From Perna viridis (Eukaryota), in assembly GCA_037379345.1 (NCBI GenBank), contig CM074518.1, forward strand, positions 29,202,001 to 29,266,000: 64,000 bases of DNA, given 5' to 3'. The notes under the pieces are model-generated. The model saw only the letters and a list, made by a program, of their open reading frames with translations, was not told where the DNA came from and did no database searches. The position numbers and the translations under genes are program-made. Below are positions 60,601 to 64,000 of the stretch, in pieces (within the stretch, counting starts at the first letter, position 1; the number at the start of each line of letters is the position of its first letter).

Positions 60601-60825
60601 AAAATTAATTAACCCGATTTGGACTAATGGTTCTGTTTGGAAGGAAACGCTTGATAGTGAAGTAAGTAGGGATGATATTTTGTGAGGGATGTACACGTTA
60701 GCGCTGAGAAATGCCAATGCACAGGAGTTTTCCAAAGTATTTGTGATTTCATCAGGGTAAAACTCTCTAAAAGCAAATGCCGTCTGTAGGAATAAACATG
60801 TAATGCATACAATATATGCTGTCAT
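54666..60825 (-). CDS. Signal peptide + redox-inactive thioredoxin/PDI-like domain + JmjC (cupin_8, JMJD7-like) 2-oxoglutarate oxygenase, 539 aa. Exons 60825-59614, 58894-58712, 55480-55338, 54747-54666
   Basis: JmjC motifs: KPVIIENAIENWPALIKWS, NIWFSDGNTLGKLHFDPFDNLLCQISGRKQVILF, GDVLFMPAFWWHEVQS, AVNYWY; the HxD...H metal triad is intact. GT-AG introns are in frame. AATAAA lies at 54659-54654, just after the stop. Confidence 0.9.
56987..57245 (+). mobile_element. SINE-like repeat in JmjC gene intron 2
   Basis: TGCGCCTGTCCAAGTCAGGAA and GGAGTTGTTGTCTCTTTGACATATAC segments; a reverse fragment of the latter occurs near 18987-19012. Confidence 0.45.
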
Positions 60826-61309
60826 CCCGGTAAAATCAATTATTTGTCTTTTCCACAAAATGAAAGTAAAACTTCATTGTTGATAAAAGGGGAGGTAACT
60901 CAAATTTTAAAAAGTAAAAGTCGTTTCGGAGAGGGATAATTTCCGGAAATTAATTTAATGAGAAGGCGATACAAATTTTCAAATAATCAATTACATTCAA
61001 ATTTCTGAATAGAAAAACAATTTTAAAAAATCTGGAAGAAACTCACATCGTTACTTTTATATAGAAAATTAACACCAGTAAGTTATTTTTATGGCATTCA
61101 CATTGTGTGACAAGACTGTGACACTATCCATGTTGCGCAATGAAATTATCAAAATTACAAACTACTACGAACATACTCAAAGGCAAGAAAAAATAAATAT
61201 AAAGCCTATAAACATTCCATATTGCAACAAAGAAAATCTTCACGATAAAGATCCAAAAAAAGTATTGGAGTTTAATAAACGAATTACAAGAAAAGACTAC
61301 TGCTAATGA

Positions 61310-62372
61310 TCCTTAGGCATAATTGTCCTGCCTTCATAATTATTCAATTTAATTGTAACAGCTGGTTTCTACCAACAGTCCTGGTCTTCAGGATATATTG
61401 TACCAAATACCTTAAGCCAATGACGCCTCTGATCCCCATAACTATACATTGTGATATCACTATTACAACTGCATAAGGTAAATAAAATTCTAAATAATCG
61501 ACTGTAGAAATTCCTTGAAATACATAGAATTATGATTGATGGGTAAATTGGATTGTCAAAGAAAGCAAGAACATCAGACCATATGTTTATTCTCAAATCT
61601 TACTTGATAAGTATTGTCATACAAACGAATGTAAATTGTACGACTGCTTTGTTTTTTGATTTCCAAAAGGCCTTTGATACTGTTATTCATCAAGGCATTC
61701 AACTTAAATTACTGAATTTAGGAACTGGATCCAATTTTTATAATTCTATCGAAAGTATCTTTATAAACAGAGTAAATCGTGTGCCCGAGTAGACAATGAC
61801 AGAATAACTGATTTTTCCCCAAACAATGTAACAATGTTGGAGTTGAGCAAGGGGACAACTCGAGCCCAAGTTTTTTAAAAGTACTTATTAAGGATTTTTC
61901 AACTTCAGTCAACAACCTTCCAGATCTTGATCAAATTAATGCACGTTCTATTCATTGCTTACTGTATGCAGATGATATTGTTCTTCTTTCAACATCTGCA
62001 ATTGGACTACAAAAAAAAACTTGATCAACTAGGAGTATATTGTAATGAATTGTGCCTTAAAATCAGCAGTCTACAAAGACCAAGGTTTTCTTGTTCAATA
62101 CAGCAGACAGAAATATCAGGAATGAACATAGGATTAATAAGTCTGTTATTGAGTGTGTCGAGCAATGTAAATATCTAGGTATCACATTAAGTGCGTCTGG
62201 GTCATTTTCTTGTGCTCAAAAAGACTTGTACAAAAAAGCTTTGAAAGCATATTATAAACTTCGCAAATATTTTATTCTCTAAATCCCAGTATTAAAAATT
62301 GTGTGAATGTATTTCATAATACGATCAAACCAATCTTGTTATATGGCTCTGAAGTAACAGGGGTCGTTTTCA

Positions 62373-62408
<36 letters not shown>

Positions 62409-62560
62409 GTGTACAAATAGTCGTAAGTTATGACGTCATAGTAAATCAAAGTATTGTGACGTTATAACTTACGACTAATTTTACTCTTACGATTTTTTGT
62501 GAAAAGGGCCACCGAAGTAACAAGATATTTTAATCCATTCAAGAAAATTTTTATACAAGA
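61310..62560 (+). pseudogene. Decayed non-LTR retrotransposon (LINE) ORF2 reverse transcriptase, multiply frameshifted and interrupted by a MITE
   Basis: RTSDHMFILK, FFDFQKAFDTV, GVEQGDNSSP, LLYADDIVL (YADD), CKYLGITLSASG and IKPILLYGSEV across shifting frames. Confidence 0.9.
62360..62513. mobile_element. Palindromic MITE with a 9-bp target-site duplication and an internal poly(A) expansion
   Basis: GGGGTCGTTTTCACAAAAAA ... TTTTTTGTGAAAAGGGCCACC, flanked by GAAGTAACA on both sides (62351-62359, 62514-62522). Confidence 0.85.
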
Positions 62561-63717
62561 TCAACACAACCATCGAGCAGCCTTTCCTAATTACTTGCTG
62601 AGAAGCTGCATGTTAAATTTTGTAAAATATTACTTTAGGTTAGTAAAAGCGCAACAAATATTGCTACACTCTCCGAATTAGGACTTTGCACTTTGACATA
62701 TTGAAATCAATGTTGAAATACTGGCATAGACACGAAATTTAGATACATTATTTCCACTCCTTAAAGATACATATATAGATTCAAATTCATTATATGCTCA
62801 TATACTCTAAAAATATAAAAGGACTTCAGGACTGAAAAAATACAAGTTCATATATATATAAAGCTTGCGGACTCAAGTGAGAATAAGTGCGGACCTATGT
62901 AACCTTCAACAGAAATATCGGGGGTGAAAAATATTTAATGCTTTTACAGTCTCCTGAGCACAGGAAAAAAAATCACAAGATCACATATAGATGCACATTG
63001 ACTAAGAATTGAACAAGGTCGTTATAAGGGTATTCTTTGGCCCTGCAGGACATGCCTCAGGTTCAACTCTGATGAGGTAGATGATGAAAAAAAACTTTAA
63101 ATATTGTCTCGCATTTCACTGGAGGATACCAGGGAAAATATGAACACTTCTATTAATCTTATCTGTCCAAATATCAACGTTGAATCCTAACGTTTGGTGG
63201 GCAAAGTCTGGGAGTTGCCATAGAGCATCGTCCATTGGTGCCCTTTGCAGGCTGGTTACCTGATAGCTAATCTGCATAGGACAGAAGGATGGAATTTCTG
63301 GTCTCGGAGTCCCTAACCAGAAATTACACAGAGGTGGTTATCCTACGAACTGAATTTTAACCTTTTTGAATTGGGCAAAGTTCCTATGTGTTAAATAGGA
63401 CATCGTCCCTTGGTGTCATCAGCGTTTGGTCCATGTAAAAAGCTCCTCCTCTTGCCTCGGACACAAGGATATAACAATTTGATCATTGAAGCCCTTCGGA
63501 ACTCAAATATGGCAATATTCATTTGGGTTACCTTAATAACTGAATATAAATAGTTAGCTGTGGTTGGAACATACTGTATTGTACTATGTGGTAAATCAGT
63601 CATAATAGTTCTTTGTTATGTTAATAATGCAAGCCCAATGTAATGTGATGTTATAATTTTAATATATATATAATGTATCAAACCCTGACGGGCTCATTCA
63701 TATGGATAATAAAAGTT

Positions 63718-63740
63718 TTCTTCTTCTTCTTCTTCTTCTT
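63718..63740. repeat. (TTC)n microsatellite
   Basis: About 7-8 TTC units. Confidence 0.85.
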
Positions 63741-64000
63741 TAGATCTCAGGAGGGAAGATGATCTGTAAATTATGTAGGTTGGGTCTATTTTTGTGAGTC
63801 TTTAATAACACTCCAAATTAATTGAAAATTTTGTCATTTGATACATTCAGAGCTTAAAGAAATCCCAACTTCTTTGAGCACACATTTGTTTTCAAAAGGA
63901 AAAAAAATACTGTACAGATATCCGATTTAGAGGGGATTTTGCAGTTGATCTTTTTTTTGAAAAAGGTGGGGAGGTGGGTAAATGTAACTAACATTGTAGT

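Noticed and set aside
59554-60858. 434-aa single-exon JmjC ORF with TTG start
   Set aside because: The likely start is ATG 60825 (signal peptide) and the frame splices at 59614; the JmjC domain is completed by three more exons.
63065-63100. Hammerhead ribozyme (CTGATGA...GAAA)
   Set aside because: No stem II/III pairing around the core; other CTGATGA sites also lack the fold.

Overview
AT-rich, intron-containing animal DNA. The repeat families (Helentron/HINE-type ends, Penelope-type RT, TTAA and hAT MITEs) suggest a bivalve mollusc; this is inference. No rRNA, CRISPR or intact tRNA was found. Gene order: (1) 3' end of a large Q/S/V/P-rich gene (+, open at the window start, stop 1534); (2) RIC-3 (-, 6 exons, 339 aa); (3) CNOT11 (+, 12 exons, 452 aa), head-to-head with RIC-3 and 234 bp between the ATGs; (4) a single-ORF secreted Cys-rich protein (216 aa, +); (5) a CSRP/muscle LIM protein (-, 5 coding exons, 184 aa); (6) a single-ORF secreted 607-aa precursor (+); (7) a candidate Cys-rich exon or pseudogene at 50944-51273 (-); (8) a secreted 183-aa protein (-); (9) a signal-peptide + thioredoxin-like + JMJD7-like JmjC hydroxylase (-, 4 exons, 539 aa); then a decayed LINE. 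The best novelty candidate is a local family of secreted modular proteins (32.3, 43.0, 52.8 and possibly 50.9 kb). The 216-aa and 607-aa members share a 4-Cys module I do not recognise (C-x7/8-W-x-C-x-C-x~16-19-L-x-C-x2-D-x2-L) and a C-terminal FN1/VWC-like 4-Cys module; in the 607-aa protein each W-C-x-C module follows a convertase site. The cluster lies beside a secretory-pathway JmjC hydroxylase. CNOT11 also carries a decayed triplication of an exon 3' end and two crossing inverted-repeat pairs. All exon models were derived by hand from GT-AG sites and reading-frame continuity; no database search was run.
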